DNA of 64,000 nt. Origin: Candidatus Micrarchaeota archaeon. Lineage in GTDB: Archaea > Micrarchaeota > Micrarchaeia > Anstonellales > Bilamarchaeaceae. This document shows, piece after piece, positions 18,283-28,674 of this stretch (positions are counted from its first letter, which is position 1; every line of letters starts with the position of its first letter). Location of the stretch: the NCBI GenBank assembly GCA_964435235.1, contig CAYSXZ010000047.1:4594-68593 (forward strand). Direction: 5' to 3'. The notes below the pieces were generated by a model. That model ran no database searches. It saw nothing but the letters and a program-made list of their open reading frames with translations, and was not told where the DNA came from. A program made the translations under genes and the position numbers.

Positions 18283-19203
18283 CTATTTGAGCCAATCTAC
18301 AATCAGTGGAAGTAGGGGCTCTTCCTTGTTCTTTGTTGCATTAAATAAATCGGTACCGTGAGAAGAGATCCCATAATATATCTTAAGCACCTTTTTATCA
18401 GATGGGGAATTTGCATGTATAGTATTCGCAGACACCATAGAATAACTGTCTTCAGAAGCAGCGACAATGTATAGCTCATGAAGATATGTTTGCGCCTCTT
18501 CGGTTATATCGAAATTGCGATACGCGGTGCCAGGCGAAATCATAACTACCTTCGCAACCTCACCGTGGCTCGCTGCATAATCTATTGCAATCGAGCTACC
18601 GATACTCGCGCCTACGAGATAATAAGTAGTAATTGACGGCCTTGAAACGCTAAGATAATCCTTAAGTGCACTCAAATCGTTTTTTGATGCGCGAAAATCT
18701 CCTGTTTGAAATGCTTGATAGGTTCCTAGATTCGTGCTTTTTCCATGACCACGCATGTCCAGGGCTACTATATCCGCACCAGGAATAGCAGTATGAAGCA
18801 GGGGGATAAGCTCGTTATAACTATTTCTATCCTTACCCAATTGCGGTATTAGCACTATAACCTTTGTTGGTCTCGAATTCTGGTTAGAACCTGAGTAATA
18901 CAACGTACCGTAAATCTTCCAACCATCTTTCGTCGTGAAGTATATTTCCTTGTGAGCTATAGCAGTCAGCGCATCGATCTCTGTAGTTGAAGATGGAGTT
19001 GTTCCACTTGTCTGCGTACCTTCATTAACAGTTTCATTACTGATTTCTCCAGCCTGTTGAATTTCAGTTTCGCTAACTGTGATGTTTACAACAACAGGTG
19101 CTTCTTCCCCACTAACGCCTTCTCTCTGAGGAGTTATGCAACCAAACAGAAAGATAGGCAGAAACACCATCCATGCAACAAAGAAGATTTTATTCATACT
19201 CAT
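18283..19203 (-). CDS. secreted alpha/beta hydrolase (lipoprotein)
   Basis: 306 aa; signal peptide with lipobox-like LFGC; Thr/Ser-rich linker; nucleophile elbow GASIG; DMRGHGKS region. Confidence 0.65.
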   Translation of the reverse strand: MSMNKIFFVAWMVFLPIFLFGCITPQREGVSGEEAPVVVNITVSETEIQQAGEISNETVNEGTQTSGTTPSSTTEIDALTAIAHKEIYFTTKDGWKIYGTLYYSGSNQNSRPTKVIVLIPQLGKDRNSYNELIPLLHTAIPGADIVALDMRGHGKSTNLGTYQAFQTGDFRASKNDLSALKDYLSVSRPSITTYYLVGASIGSSIAIDYAASHGEVAKVVMISPGTAYRNFDITEEAQTYLHELYIVAASEDSYSMVSANTIHANSPSDKKVLKIYYGISSHGTDLFNATKNKEEPLLPLIVDWLK

Positions 19204-19220
19204 ACTCTTAGGTTAGGCTA

Positions 19221-19406
19221 ATGCAAATTAAAAAACATTACTATCACCTTAGCAATATGGAATATGAAGCACCCAAACAAGCAATGGAATTTGCTGAGAA
19301 TGATTCAAGCAGGGAAAGAGAAGATAGAAGGGCTCTTCTTAAAAAAGGCAGCTTTTTAAATGTTTTTATCGAAAATAAACGATACCTTAAGTCCAGAAGG
19401 TGCTAG
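19221..19406 (+). pseudogene. gene fragment paralogous to the 3209..3838 ORF
   Basis: 61-aa ORF sharing PKQAMEFAENDSSREREDR with PKQTMEFAEDYSSREREER of the 209-aa protein, with nucleotide similarity; lacks the rest of the gene. Confidence 0.4.
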
Positions 19407-19453
19407 TCTAAGGATTAGACCTTATAGTTTCACATAATTTTAGGTGATCCTGC

Positions 19454-19720
19454 TTGGGGAAAAAATCTAAAAAAACAAAGGAGAAAAAAGCGGTGGATGT
19501 CCTTTCCTACCACCTTGTTCCTAAGATGGAGATAGTAAGCGAAAATGAAAAAAATCGAATCCTGCAGAAGTACGAAATAACACCAGAGCAACTTCCGAAG
19601 ATGCTTACAAGCGATCCGTCTGTTATTGCACTAGGCGCAAAAAAAAGCGACGTTATAAAAATATATCGAGAGGACAAGACTGGAAAGTATCTTGCTTATA
19701 AAATTGTGGTAGAAGGGTAG
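19454..19720 (+). CDS. rpoH: DNA-directed RNA polymerase subunit H (Rpb5 homolog)
   Basis: 88 aa; LSYHLVPKMEIVSENE...DVIKIYREDKTGKYLAYKIV typical RpoH; sits at the head of the RNAP operon. Confidence 0.85.
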   Translation: MGKKSKKTKEKKAVDVLSYHLVPKMEIVSENEKNRILQKYEITPEQLPKMLTSDPSVIALGAKKSDVIKIYREDKTGKYLAYKIVVEG

Positions 19721-19796
19721 GGCGAGCTAGTCTTTACCCAATACTTATTCGTCCACAGAAAAAAATAAAATATAAAAAAGATAGAGGGGTTTTTCG

Positions 19797-21251
19797 ATGA
19801 TAGAAGCACTTGTAAGCTCTTATTTCAGGAGTAATAGTCCAGTCAGTCAGCAGTTACAATCCTACAATAAATTTATTGATGTCGGCCTCCAGCAAGTCAT
19901 AGACAGGATAGGAACGATACAGACAAATGTTGAAGGCTTTGAACTAAAGCTTGGAAAGATAAGGGTGGAACAGCCACGATACTATGAGGTAAGGGGTGGC
20001 TACAGGCATATACTGCCGCAAGAGGCGAGACTTAGAAACATAACATATTCCTCCCCGCTGTTTCTGGAAATCATACCCGTTTTTAATGGGATAGAAAGAC
20101 CTACATATGCAGATGTTTTTATAGGTGAAATTCCAGTGATGGTAAAATCAAAGCTCTGTTATTTATCAGGTATGAGCAGGAATGAGCTTATAGAAAATGG
20201 CGAGGATCCAGACGATCCGGGAGGATATTTTATCATCAACGGCTCGGAAAGGGTTTTGGTTAGTATAGAAGACCTTGTACCTAATAAACTTATGGTTACA
20301 AAGGAAAGAAACGGGATAATATCTAAGATTTTCTCTACGCGTTTTGGTTTTAGGGCTAGATGTGTTGTTGAGAGAAATAATGAAGGTCTTTTTACAGTGG
20401 AGTTCCCTTCAACGCCTCCAGGCATAACGCTTGTGCAGATGCTTAGGGTGCTTGGTCTTCCAAGTGATAAAGAGATAAAGGAAGCATTCTCTCAGGATGA
20501 AATAATAAAAAATGACATAATATTAAATCTATCCGAAGACAGTTCTAAAACAAAAGAGGAAGCAATAGACAGCCTAAGCAGAAAATTATCCCCGGGCCAG
20601 CCACCAGAGTTTAGGTTAACGAGAATGGAAAATCTAATAGACAATTACCTCCTTCCGCATATTGGTGTAGAAAAATCAAAGAGAATAGAAAAAGCGCGAT
20701 TCTTGATAACAATGGCTGAAAGGGCAACGAGGGTTGCCTATAAACAGATGGCGCCAGATGATAAGGACCATTATTCCAACAAGAGGGTAAAACTAGCCGG
20801 AGACCTTATGGAAGAACTCTTCAGATATGCATTTCAATTTCTTGTGAAGGATCTTATCTACCAGGCCTCACGGGCAGATGCACGCGGTCGTAGATTGCAG
20901 GTTCACACGCTTGTAAGGCAAGATGCTATGGCTGATAGAATAAGATACGCGATGGCGACTGGAAATTGGATTGCGGGACAAACTGGGGTCTCGCAGCTCT
21001 TGGACAGGGTAAGCTATCTTTCGACTTTGTCGCATCTTAGAAGGGTGATCTCCCCCCTAAGCAAAAAACATCCTCACTTTAAGGCGAGAGATCTCCATGG
21101 TACTCATTTGGGTAAGCTTTGCCCGAACGAAACTCCAGAAGGCCCAAGCTGCTCGCTTGTAAAAAATATAGCAGTAATGGCAGAGGTCTCGACAGGAGTA
21201 GAGGACGATGAAATAATGCGCATTCTAAAGTCCTATGATGTAAAAGAATAG
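19797..21251 (+). CDS. rpoB2: DNA-directed RNA polymerase subunit B'' (N-terminal part of split B)
   Basis: 484 aa; the usual rpoH-rpoB2-rpoB1-rpoA1-rpoA2 gene order. Confidence 0.9.
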   Translation: MIEALVSSYFRSNSPVSQQLQSYNKFIDVGLQQVIDRIGTIQTNVEGFELKLGKIRVEQPRYYEVRGGYRHILPQEARLRNITYSSPLFLEIIPVFNGIERPTYADVFIGEIPVMVKSKLCYLSGMSRNELIENGEDPDDPGGYFIINGSERVLVSIEDLVPNKLMVTKERNGIISKIFSTRFGFRARCVVERNNEGLFTVEFPSTPPGITLVQMLRVLGLPSDKEIKEAFSQDEIIKNDIILNLSEDSSKTKEEAIDSLSRKLSPGQPPEFRLTRMENLIDNYLLPHIGVEKSKRIEKARFLITMAERATRVAYKQMAPDDKDHYSNKRVKLAGDLMEELFRYAFQFLVKDLIYQASRADARGRRLQVHTLVRQDAMADRIRYAMATGNWIAGQTGVSQLLDRVSYLSTLSHLRRVISPLSKKHPHFKARDLHGTHLGKLCPNETPEGPSCSLVKNIAVMAEVSTGVEDDEIMRILKSYDVKE

Positions 21252-23102
21252 GTGACCGCTATGGTACGAAAAAAACTAAAGGTATCGGAAAAAACTGCGG
21301 TTTATCTAAACGGAAAACTTGTCGGTTATCACCATGATGGAAAAAACCTTGCGCAGAGGCTCAGAGAAAGAAGAAGGATGAATGAGTTAAATTATCAGAT
21401 AAATATTTATCTTAACGAAAAGCTTAACGAGCTTCATATCATATCTGACAAAGGAAGAGTTAGGAGGCCATACATAGTAGTTGAAAATGGAAAATCAAGA
21501 CTTACTCCAGAAATTCTAAACAGAATAAAGAATAACGAACTCAGTTGGCATCATCTTGTTAAGATGGGCATTATTGAGTACTTGGACGCGCAGGAAGAAG
21601 AAAACGCTCTCATAGCTTCTAATGAAAAGGAATTAACAAGTGAGCATACTCATTTAGATATAGATCCTGCCAACATATTCGGAGTAGTTGCTTCTGTTCT
21701 TCCTTACCCAGAGTACAACTCCTCTCCTAGAATTACAATGGCATGCGCTATGGCGAAACAATCTCTTGGTACATATGCGGTAAATTTTGCTGCGAGGTAT
21801 GACACGAAAGCTTATGTAATGTATTATCCCCAAGAGCCGCTTGTAAGGACGAACATATATAACGTGCTGAACATGCGGGAAAGAGCAGCGGGCCAGAATT
21901 GCGTTGTTGCGCTCGTTAGCTATTATGGGTATAACATGGCCGATGCAATTGTTGTAAATCGATCCGCTATAGAGCGAGGACTTGCGAGAACAGTAATGTT
22001 CAAAACATATGAAACAGAGGAAAGACTTTATCCAGGAGGACAAAAGGATACGATAGAGCTTCCGACTGCAGATGTTGTTGGCTACAGAGGAGAGGAGGCT
22101 TACGCGCATCTCGACGAAGACGGAATAGTAATTCCGGAAAGTACAGTAACTGGAAAAGATGTTCTAGTTGGTAAAACATCACCGCCGAGATTTCTGGAAG
22201 AAATTTCTGTATTTGGAGGAGTGGAAGAAAAGAAAAGAGAAAGCTCTCTCGCATTAAAACCTGGAGAGGAAGGGAAAGTGGACTCCGTGCTAATAACAGA
22301 AGGGCCGAGCGGAAATCGTCTCGTGAAAGTAAAGATAAGAACGATAAAGATACCTGAGGCAGGAGATAAACTCGCTTCGAGACACGGGCAGAAGGGAGTA
22401 ATTGGTTTGTTGGTTCCACAGCACGAAATGCCATTCACAGAAAGCGGGATAGTGCCTGATTTGGTAGTCAATCCCCACGCAATACCAAGCCGTATGACTG
22501 CCGGTCATCTTCTTGAAATGCTTGGTGGAAAGGCTGCTTCGATGGTCGGAAGGTTTATGAATGGAAGCGCGTTCACTGGAAATACAGAGGAAGAATACAG
22601 GGAGATGCTAAAGAAGATAGGTTTTGATGAATATGGAGAAGAGGTGCTGTACGATCCTAGAACAGGAAAACAAATGAAGGTTAAAATATTCATTGGAGTG
22701 ATATATTACCAACGCCTCCACCACCTTGTATCAAATAAAATGCATATGAGAAGTCGTGGGCCGGTTCAGCTTCTTACCCACCAACCAACAGAAGGAAGAG
22801 CAAGGGAAGGAGGTTTAAGATTTGGAGAGATGGAAAGGGACTGCCTCCTTGGTTACGGCGCGTCTATGCTCATAAAAGAAAGATTACTAGAGGAAAGCGA
22901 CAAGACAATACAGCTTATCTGTACCGAATGCGGCTCCACTGCAACACACGATTTTGCAAGAAATAGAGATGTCTGTCCGATATGCGGAGGAGAAAATGTA
23001 GAACCGATAGAGATGAGCTATGCTTTCAAACTTCTTCTCGATGAAATAAAATCACTATATATATTTCCAAGGCTTTTACTGAAAAAAAAGGGTGCTGAAT
23101 AA
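21252..23102 (+). CDS. rpoB1: DNA-directed RNA polymerase subunit B' (C-terminal part of split B)
   Basis: 616 aa; GDKLASRHGQKGVIG and other beta-subunit C-terminal catalytic motifs; C-terminal zinc motif CTECGS...CPICGG. Confidence 0.9.
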   Translation: MTAMVRKKLKVSEKTAVYLNGKLVGYHHDGKNLAQRLRERRRMNELNYQINIYLNEKLNELHIISDKGRVRRPYIVVENGKSRLTPEILNRIKNNELSWHHLVKMGIIEYLDAQEEENALIASNEKELTSEHTHLDIDPANIFGVVASVLPYPEYNSSPRITMACAMAKQSLGTYAVNFAARYDTKAYVMYYPQEPLVRTNIYNVLNMRERAAGQNCVVALVSYYGYNMADAIVVNRSAIERGLARTVMFKTYETEERLYPGGQKDTIELPTADVVGYRGEEAYAHLDEDGIVIPESTVTGKDVLVGKTSPPRFLEEISVFGGVEEKKRESSLALKPGEEGKVDSVLITEGPSGNRLVKVKIRTIKIPEAGDKLASRHGQKGVIGLLVPQHEMPFTESGIVPDLVVNPHAIPSRMTAGHLLEMLGGKAASMVGRFMNGSAFTGNTEEEYREMLKKIGFDEYGEEVLYDPRTGKQMKVKIFIGVIYYQRLHHLVSNKMHMRSRGPVQLLTHQPTEGRAREGGLRFGEMERDCLLGYGASMLIKERLLEESDKTIQLICTECGSTATHDFARNRDVCPICGGENVEPIEMSYAFKLLLDEIKSLYIFPRLLLKKKGAE

Positions 23103-23121
23103 AATAAGAACAAAATAAAAA

Positions 23122-25758
23122 TTGTGTGATGGTGTTATTATGGAGATTCAAAGCGTGCTTGATAAGATAAGATTTTCTATATTCTCTCCAGAAATGGTAA
23201 GGAAGATGTCTGCTGCAAAGATAATAGTTCCGGACACTTATGACGATGACGGTTATCCAATAGACGGCGGACTTGTTGATACGCGCCTTGGGGTTGTGGA
23301 CCCTGGTCTCCGCTGTAAAACCTGCGGAGGACGCGTAAAGGAATGCCCTGGGCATTTTGGCCACATAGACTTAATAAGACCGGTTATTCACGTCGAATTC
23401 GTTAAACAGATATATGAGGTGCTAAAAGCAACTTGCCCATCTTGTCATAGAATTATTGGGGAAGCAGCAAAGATTAAACCTTCCGAAGAGACAGCTGTAA
23501 AAAAAGAAGAGAAAAAGGAGGAAGAAGAGATACCATCCCTACTAGAAATTGTAGAGAAAGAAAAGGTGGCAGTAAGCGAAGAGGAAAAAGAAGAGGAAGA
23601 AACAGTCGAAAGGGCAAAAGGAGCAAAGAGATACTGCCCACACTGCGGAGAGGAACTTCCAGAGATAAAAATACTTAAGCCTACCACGTTCTTAAAAAAT
23701 GGCGTTTCCATGCTGCCAACGGAAGTAAGGGATTGGCTTGCATCCATAAAAGATGAAGATCTGCGCGCGCTTGGATTCGATCCTGTTTATTCAAGGCCGG
23801 AGTGGATGGTTCTTACAGTTCTACCAGTACCGCCTGTAAATGTAAGGCCTTCCATTACTCTAGAAACAGGGGAGCGGAGCGAGGATGATCTTACTCACAA
23901 GCTTGTTGACATAATCAGAATAAATCAAAAACTCGAAGCAAACATCAATGCCGGCGCACCGCAATTAATTATCGAGGATCTTTGGGAACTTCTTCAATAT
24001 CACGTTACAACATATTTCAATAATGAAACTGCTAATATCCCACCAGCAAGGCATAGAAGCGGAAGACCTCTTAAGACCCTTGCACAGAGGCTTAAGGGAA
24101 AGGAAGGAAGATTTAGGTACAATCTTTCAGGAAAGAGAGTAAATTTTTCTGCAAGAACTGTTATCTCACCAGATCCGCGTATAAGCATTGATGAGGTTGG
24201 TGTTCCCAGAAGAATTGCTGAAGAGCTTACGGTTCCGGTTGCTGTTACGGAATGGAATATTGAGAAAATAAAGAAATACATCCTCGCTGATGATTATCCG
24301 AAGGCGCTTTACGTGATAAGAAGCGACGGAAGAAGAGTAAAGGTTGGGGATGACCCAGCACTGAAAAAAGAAATTGCTGAAAACCTTAAGGTTGGTTGGA
24401 TCGTGGAGAGGCAGATAGAAGACGGAGATATTTCTATATTCAATAGGCAGCCGTCTCTTCATAGAATCTCTATGATGGGGCACCTTGTTAAGGTACTACC
24501 TGGTAAAACATTCAGGCTTAACCCCCTTGTTTGTCCGCCGTATAACGCTGATTTTGATGGAGACGAGATGAACCTACACATTATACAGACAGAAGAGGCA
24601 CAAGCAGAGGTGCGATATCTAATGAAGGTAGAAAAACAAATACTTTCCCCCAGGCATGGTCACGCAATAATAAAACCACAAGAAGATCATGTTTCTGGGC
24701 TTTATTTTCTTACTAAAGATGACAGCGAATTTACCAAGGCCGAGGCCGCGAATATGCTCTATCTAATAGGTATAAAAGATTTGCCAGAACCAGATAGGAA
24801 AAATGGGATGTATTCTGGTAAGCTTATATTCTCACAAATTCTTCCAAAAGACTTTAGCGTAAGGGTTGCTGAAACTAAGATGGGAGAGGAGGTTGTTGTG
24901 AAGAAAGGTTTGCTAATAAAAGGAGCAGTAGAAAGCAAGACCATGGAGGGAGAATTGCTTGAGAAGATATTCATAAAATACGGTCCTGATTTTACGAAGG
25001 ATTTTCTGAACAAGGCTGCCATTCTTGCACTCGAAGCAATAACAATCCACGGGTTGAGTGTCTCTTTGAAGGATTACACTCTCTCCGAAAAGGCACAAAA
25101 GAAAATAGATGAAATAAACGCAAAGATGAATAGAGAGATAGATAATCTTATAATGCAGTATAAGAACAAATCACTCGAAAGAGCGCCAGGCATGACACTT
25201 AAGGAGACATTGGAGGCTCTCATTGTACAGATAACCTCGCAGGCAAGAAATGATATGGGAAAAGTTGTAGAGGAGGATTTAACAACAAATAATCCATCAA
25301 TAATTATGGCAAAGATAGGAGCGAGAGGGAGCCTGCTTAATGCAATTCAGATGTCTGCAGCAGTTGCACAGCAAACTGTAAGAAATAAGAGACCCTCCAG
25401 AGGATACAAGGGAAGATTACTTCCTTACTTCACACAAGGTGCGCTCACCGGAAAAGAAAGGGGCTTCGTTTATTCCTCCTTCAGAAATGGCTTGAAGATC
25501 TACGAGTTTATTGTGCACGCAATGGGTGGAAGAGAAGCCCTTGTCAATACAGCAATAAGAACGGCGCGCTCTGGCTATATGCAACGTAGGCTGATAAACG
25601 CTCTTCAGGATCTTGTTGCTTACGAAGATTTAACAGTTAGAAATGCAGACATGAGCATAGTGCAGTTTATATATGGAGGAGATGGGAAGGATCCGATGTA
25701 TGCTTCTAAGACTGAACTAATCGATGTAGTAAAACAAGATGATGTTGATACTGCATAG
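23122..25758 (+). CDS. rpoA1: DNA-directed RNA polymerase subunit A'
   Basis: 878 aa; zinc motif CKTCGG...CPGHFGHIDL, catalytic NADFDGDEMN; carries an about 58-aa Lys/Glu-rich insertion between CPSCHR and CPHCG. Confidence 0.9.
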   Translation: MCDGVIMEIQSVLDKIRFSIFSPEMVRKMSAAKIIVPDTYDDDGYPIDGGLVDTRLGVVDPGLRCKTCGGRVKECPGHFGHIDLIRPVIHVEFVKQIYEVLKATCPSCHRIIGEAAKIKPSEETAVKKEEKKEEEEIPSLLEIVEKEKVAVSEEEKEEEETVERAKGAKRYCPHCGEELPEIKILKPTTFLKNGVSMLPTEVRDWLASIKDEDLRALGFDPVYSRPEWMVLTVLPVPPVNVRPSITLETGERSEDDLTHKLVDIIRINQKLEANINAGAPQLIIEDLWELLQYHVTTYFNNETANIPPARHRSGRPLKTLAQRLKGKEGRFRYNLSGKRVNFSARTVISPDPRISIDEVGVPRRIAEELTVPVAVTEWNIEKIKKYILADDYPKALYVIRSDGRRVKVGDDPALKKEIAENLKVGWIVERQIEDGDISIFNRQPSLHRISMMGHLVKVLPGKTFRLNPLVCPPYNADFDGDEMNLHIIQTEEAQAEVRYLMKVEKQILSPRHGHAIIKPQEDHVSGLYFLTKDDSEFTKAEAANMLYLIGIKDLPEPDRKNGMYSGKLIFSQILPKDFSVRVAETKMGEEVVVKKGLLIKGAVESKTMEGELLEKIFIKYGPDFTKDFLNKAAILALEAITIHGLSVSLKDYTLSEKAQKKIDEINAKMNREIDNLIMQYKNKSLERAPGMTLKETLEALIVQITSQARNDMGKVVEEDLTTNNPSIIMAKIGARGSLLNAIQMSAAVAQQTVRNKRPSRGYKGRLLPYFTQGALTGKERGFVYSSFRNGLKIYEFIVHAMGGREALVNTAIRTARSGYMQRRLINALQDLVAYEDLTVRNADMSIVQFIYGGDGKDPMYASKTELIDVVKQDDVDTA

Positions 25759-26814
25759 GTGATAATTATGGGCATCGCAAATAAAAACACAACAAAGGCA
25801 ACGATTTCGCCTTACGAGGGAGTTGGTGTTGTTGCTGCGCAGAGTATAGGTGAACCAGGTACCCAAATGACGATGAGGACGTTTCACTATGCGGGTGTTG
25901 CCGAGCACGTACCAACTGGCCTGCCGAGGCTCATAGAAATTGTTGATGCAAAAAAGGAGCCAAAAAAACCAATCATAGACATTTATCTCAAGAAGCAGTA
26001 TGCGAAAAGTCACACTGAGGCTGAAAGGGTTGCAAAGGAACTTAGCAGCATTTTCGTTTCTGATGTCGCGGATGTTTCCGATGATCTTGAAGAACTCACT
26101 ATTCGCATTAAATACAGAGAAAAAGATGGTAAGGCACTTGGGGTAACATTCGCTATGCTAAGAAAGATTATAGAAGAAATTTCGGACAATATAAAAATAA
26201 GCGGGAATGTCATAACACTAAAGCCAAAAATCATAAAATCAAAAAAGGAAAAAGAGGAAAAGAATATCACTCCTAAATATGTAAGAAGGTTAACAAATAG
26301 AATCAAGGAGCATATGGTGAAGGGAGTAGATGGAATTCGCCGTGCAGTAGTAATAAGAAATGAAGAAGGGGAGTATTTTATAAGAGCGAGCGGCTATAAT
26401 ATTCTTGGTGCATGTCAGAACGAATGCGTAGATCAGAGTAGGGTTTATACAAACAACATAAAGGAAATAGAAAATATTTATGGGATAGAGGCAGCTAGAA
26501 ATGCTATAATTAAGGAAATAAATGATGTTATGGAGATGCAAAAGCTTAATGTTGATATAAGACATATTACACTAATAGCAGACGCAATGACCAATTCTGG
26601 AAAGATAAAGTCCATAGGGAGGCATGGGTTAAGCGGTCAAAAAGTTGGCATATTAGGAAGGGCCGCGTTTGAGGAGACAGTAAAACACTTAATAGCCGCA
26701 GCTTCTTCAGCCTCTGAAGAGCTTTTGGCTGGAGTAACTGAAAACATAATAGTTGGGCAAACAGTGCCGGTTGGAACCGGAAAGATAAAGTTGTTAATGA
26801 AAAGGATAAAATAA
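25759..26814 (+). CDS. rpoA2: DNA-directed RNA polymerase subunit A''
   Basis: 351 aa; conserved A'' region [22 protein letters not shown]. Confidence 0.9.
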   Translation: MIIMGIANKNTTKATISPYEGVGVVAAQSIGEPGTQMTMRTFHYAGVAEHVPTGLPRLIEIVDAKKEPKKPIIDIYLKKQYAKSHTEAERVAKELSSIFVSDVADVSDDLEELTIRIKYREKDGKALGVTFAMLRKIIEEISDNIKISGNVITLKPKIIKSKKEKEEKNITPKYVRRLTNRIKEHMVKGVDGIRRAVVIRNEEGEYFIRASGYNILGACQNECVDQSRVYTNNIKEIENIYGIEAARNAIIKEINDVMEMQKLNVDIRHITLIADAMTNSGKIKSIGRHGLSGQKVGILGRAAFEETVKHLIAAASSASEELLAGVTENIIVGQTVPVGTGKIKLLMKRIK

Positions 26815-26840
26815 ACTACGATGTATCTATTTAGAGGAGT

Positions 26841-27269
26841 GTGGGTCAGATGGTTGAAGAAAAAAAATTGGCCGAAAAAGAAACTGAAAGCGAAGAAAAA
26901 GAAACTGAAAAAAAAGAAAAGAAAAAGAAGGTTGTCAGAAGAAGAAAGAGTACAAAGGAGAAGGAAGATCCAATTATTGGTGCGATAAGACTTGCTGTAG
27001 AGAGTGGAAAAGTAGCGTTTGGTTCTAGGAGCAGTATGGCGGCTTCTTCTAAAGGAGTAAAATTACTCGTGATAGCAAAAAATGCTCCTGCTGAGATAAG
27101 AACGAATGTGTTAGAAATATCAAAAGCATCAAAAACACAAATATTGGAATTTGAAGGAAGTACGATGGAATTAGGTTCTGTTTGCGGGAAGCCGTTCCCG
27201 GTTTCCGTTTTAAGTATATTCGATGAAGGCAATTCAAACATACTCGAACTCGCAAAGAAAAAGCAGTGA
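26841..27269 (+). CDS. rpl30e: ribosomal protein L30e (eL30) with Lys/Glu-rich N-terminal extension
   Basis: L30e core IGAIRLAVESGKVAFGSRSS...LLVIAKNAP preceded by about 45 aa of KE-rich low complexity. Confidence 0.8.
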   Translation: MGQMVEEKKLAEKETESEEKETEKKEKKKKVVRRRKSTKEKEDPIIGAIRLAVESGKVAFGSRSSMAASSKGVKLLVIAKNAPAEIRTNVLEISKASKTQILEFEGSTMELGSVCGKPFPVSVLSIFDEGNSNILELAKKKQ

Positions 27270-27275
27270 CAATAA

Positions 27276-27710
27276 ATGGTAGAACTCACAGAAAAAGGAT
27301 TGGGCTATTTCTCGATTTTCGAAAGTGTAGCAGGCGTTATGCCCCTGGATTATGTCGAAAGCGAGAACTTTATAATATTTATAATAAACCAACTAAAGAT
27401 CGGAAAGGCTATAGGAAAGGGAGGAATCAACATAGAAAAACTTAGCAGGATATTTAAGAAAAAGGTAATTGCTGTAGCCGACAGCGACGATCCAGAAATC
27501 TTCATAAGAAATTTTCTCAAAAATACAAATATTCTCTCTATAGAATCAAGGGATGTGATGGGCGAGAACGAATTTATAATTACTGTTGATGAGAGGGACA
27601 GAGGAATCGCAATCGGAAGGGGAGGGGAACGCATAAAGGCACTAAAAGAATTAATGAGAAAAAAATTCAAATCAAACATTCATTTAAGAACGAGAAGGAT
27701 TTTAGAGTAG
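27276..27710 (+). CDS. nusA: transcription termination/antitermination factor NusA (archaeal, two KH domains)
   Basis: 144 aa; KH signatures IGKAIGKGGINIEKL and GIAIGRGGERIKAL; canonical position after rpl30e. Confidence 0.8.
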   Translation: MVELTEKGLGYFSIFESVAGVMPLDYVESENFIIFIINQLKIGKAIGKGGINIEKLSRIFKKKVIAVADSDDPEIFIRNFLKNTNILSIESRDVMGENEFIITVDERDRGIAIGRGGERIKALKELMRKKFKSNIHLRTRRILE

Positions 27711-28100
27711 TCTTATTACTCCTTTTTCACCATCCACCTCTATTTTCATTCCATTTTTTAGTAGCTTGAATACGTCCTGCTCTGGCTTATCAACCATTGG
27801 TATTTTTGATATTATTGCCCCGACAACTATTATCGGTTCGGCTTCGATGTTTATTATTGCTGCGGGTGCCTTTTTATTTTTTGCAAGATCTAAAAGAACA
27901 TAGGAACCAACAGTTGACCCTTTTCCGTATGGAAAAATCATTACCTTTCCTGTAAGAGACTTTCCTTCGAGCTCATGGCCTTTTTCTATTATTATTCCAG
28001 TCGCCGGGTCAACCCCTCCGAGAAAGGAAAATGGCTCTTTAGTAATGAGCACTTCACCGACTGCCTTACCCTTCGCGATAGGTCTTGCTTTTATCTCCAT
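27702..28100 (-). CDS. DUF126 / aconitase-X swivel-domain protein (AcnX small-subunit family)
   Basis: 132 aa; GEVLITKEPFSFLGGVDPATG...GSTVGSYVLL...APAAII pattern typical of DUF126; no AcnX large subunit adjacent. Confidence 0.5.
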   Translation of the reverse strand: MEIKARPIAKGKAVGEVLITKEPFSFLGGVDPATGIIIEKGHELEGKSLTGKVMIFPYGKGSTVGSYVLLDLAKNKKAPAAIINIEAEPIIVVGAIISKIPMVDKPEQDVFKLLKNGMKIEVDGEKGVIRLL

Positions 28101-28114
28101 CTAACCCAGCCAAC

Positions 28115-28654
28115 TTATTCACTTACTATTGTTCCTGTAAGCGTTGCAGTTGCCACCCGCTCCGGTGCTCCTGTAACTTCGTTTGCATAGTTATATAAAA
28201 TTACAACCGTGCCTCTGAAATTAGAGTTCGGCGACCCGATAAAGTAGCTTGGTGGTTTGGCGTCATTTAGACAATAAATTTTCTGAGTAAATTCGTAGTT
28301 TCCTCCGGATGGAATAAGCTGCGGTGGCGTCAATTTCGTCGCATATGTTTTATCTATGGCTCCAGGTGTTGCGGTTGTACACATCACGCCTTTAAGGTAG
28401 ATGTCTTGCCCCTGCTGATTATCAACCCTCAGAAGAATGTATACCTTGTTTGTACCGCTCTCTGAAACTATCACTGGTTTTTTAACATCACAACTGAAGC
28501 CTGGCTGAGAGAACAAACAGCTTTCCGGCATCCTAAGAATGCTCGGCAGATAGAATGCAAGAATAACGAGCACTATAAATATTACCAGAAGCGCCCATCC
28601 ATAGGTCATCAAATATTCCATGGCAGCCTGACCTTTTTTATGTCCATCAAACAT
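28115..28654 (-). CDS. archaeal type IV pilin-like protein (class III signal peptide)
   Basis: 179 aa; N-terminus KKGQAAMEYLMTYGWALLVIFIVLVIL matches the class III signal plus hydrophobic helix cleaved by a prepilin peptidase; distal globular beta-rich domain. Confidence 0.6.
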   Translation of the reverse strand: MFDGHKKGQAAMEYLMTYGWALLVIFIVLVILAFYLPSILRMPESCLFSQPGFSCDVKKPVIVSESGTNKVYILLRVDNQQGQDIYLKGVMCTTATPGAIDKTYATKLTPPQLIPSGGNYEFTQKIYCLNDAKPPSYFIGSPNSNFRGTVVILYNYANEVTGAPERVATATLTGTIVSE

Positions 28655-28674
28655 TTCAAATCACCTCTTAATGT

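Noticed and set aside
21654-25098. Minus-strand ORFs inside rpoB' and rpoA' (for example 21654..22109, 22000..22434, 23445..23747, 24000..24483, 24759..25098)
   Set aside because: Antisense to highly conserved RNAP subunit genes; low-complexity Ser/Phe-rich translations typical of reverse frames of KE-rich coding DNA.
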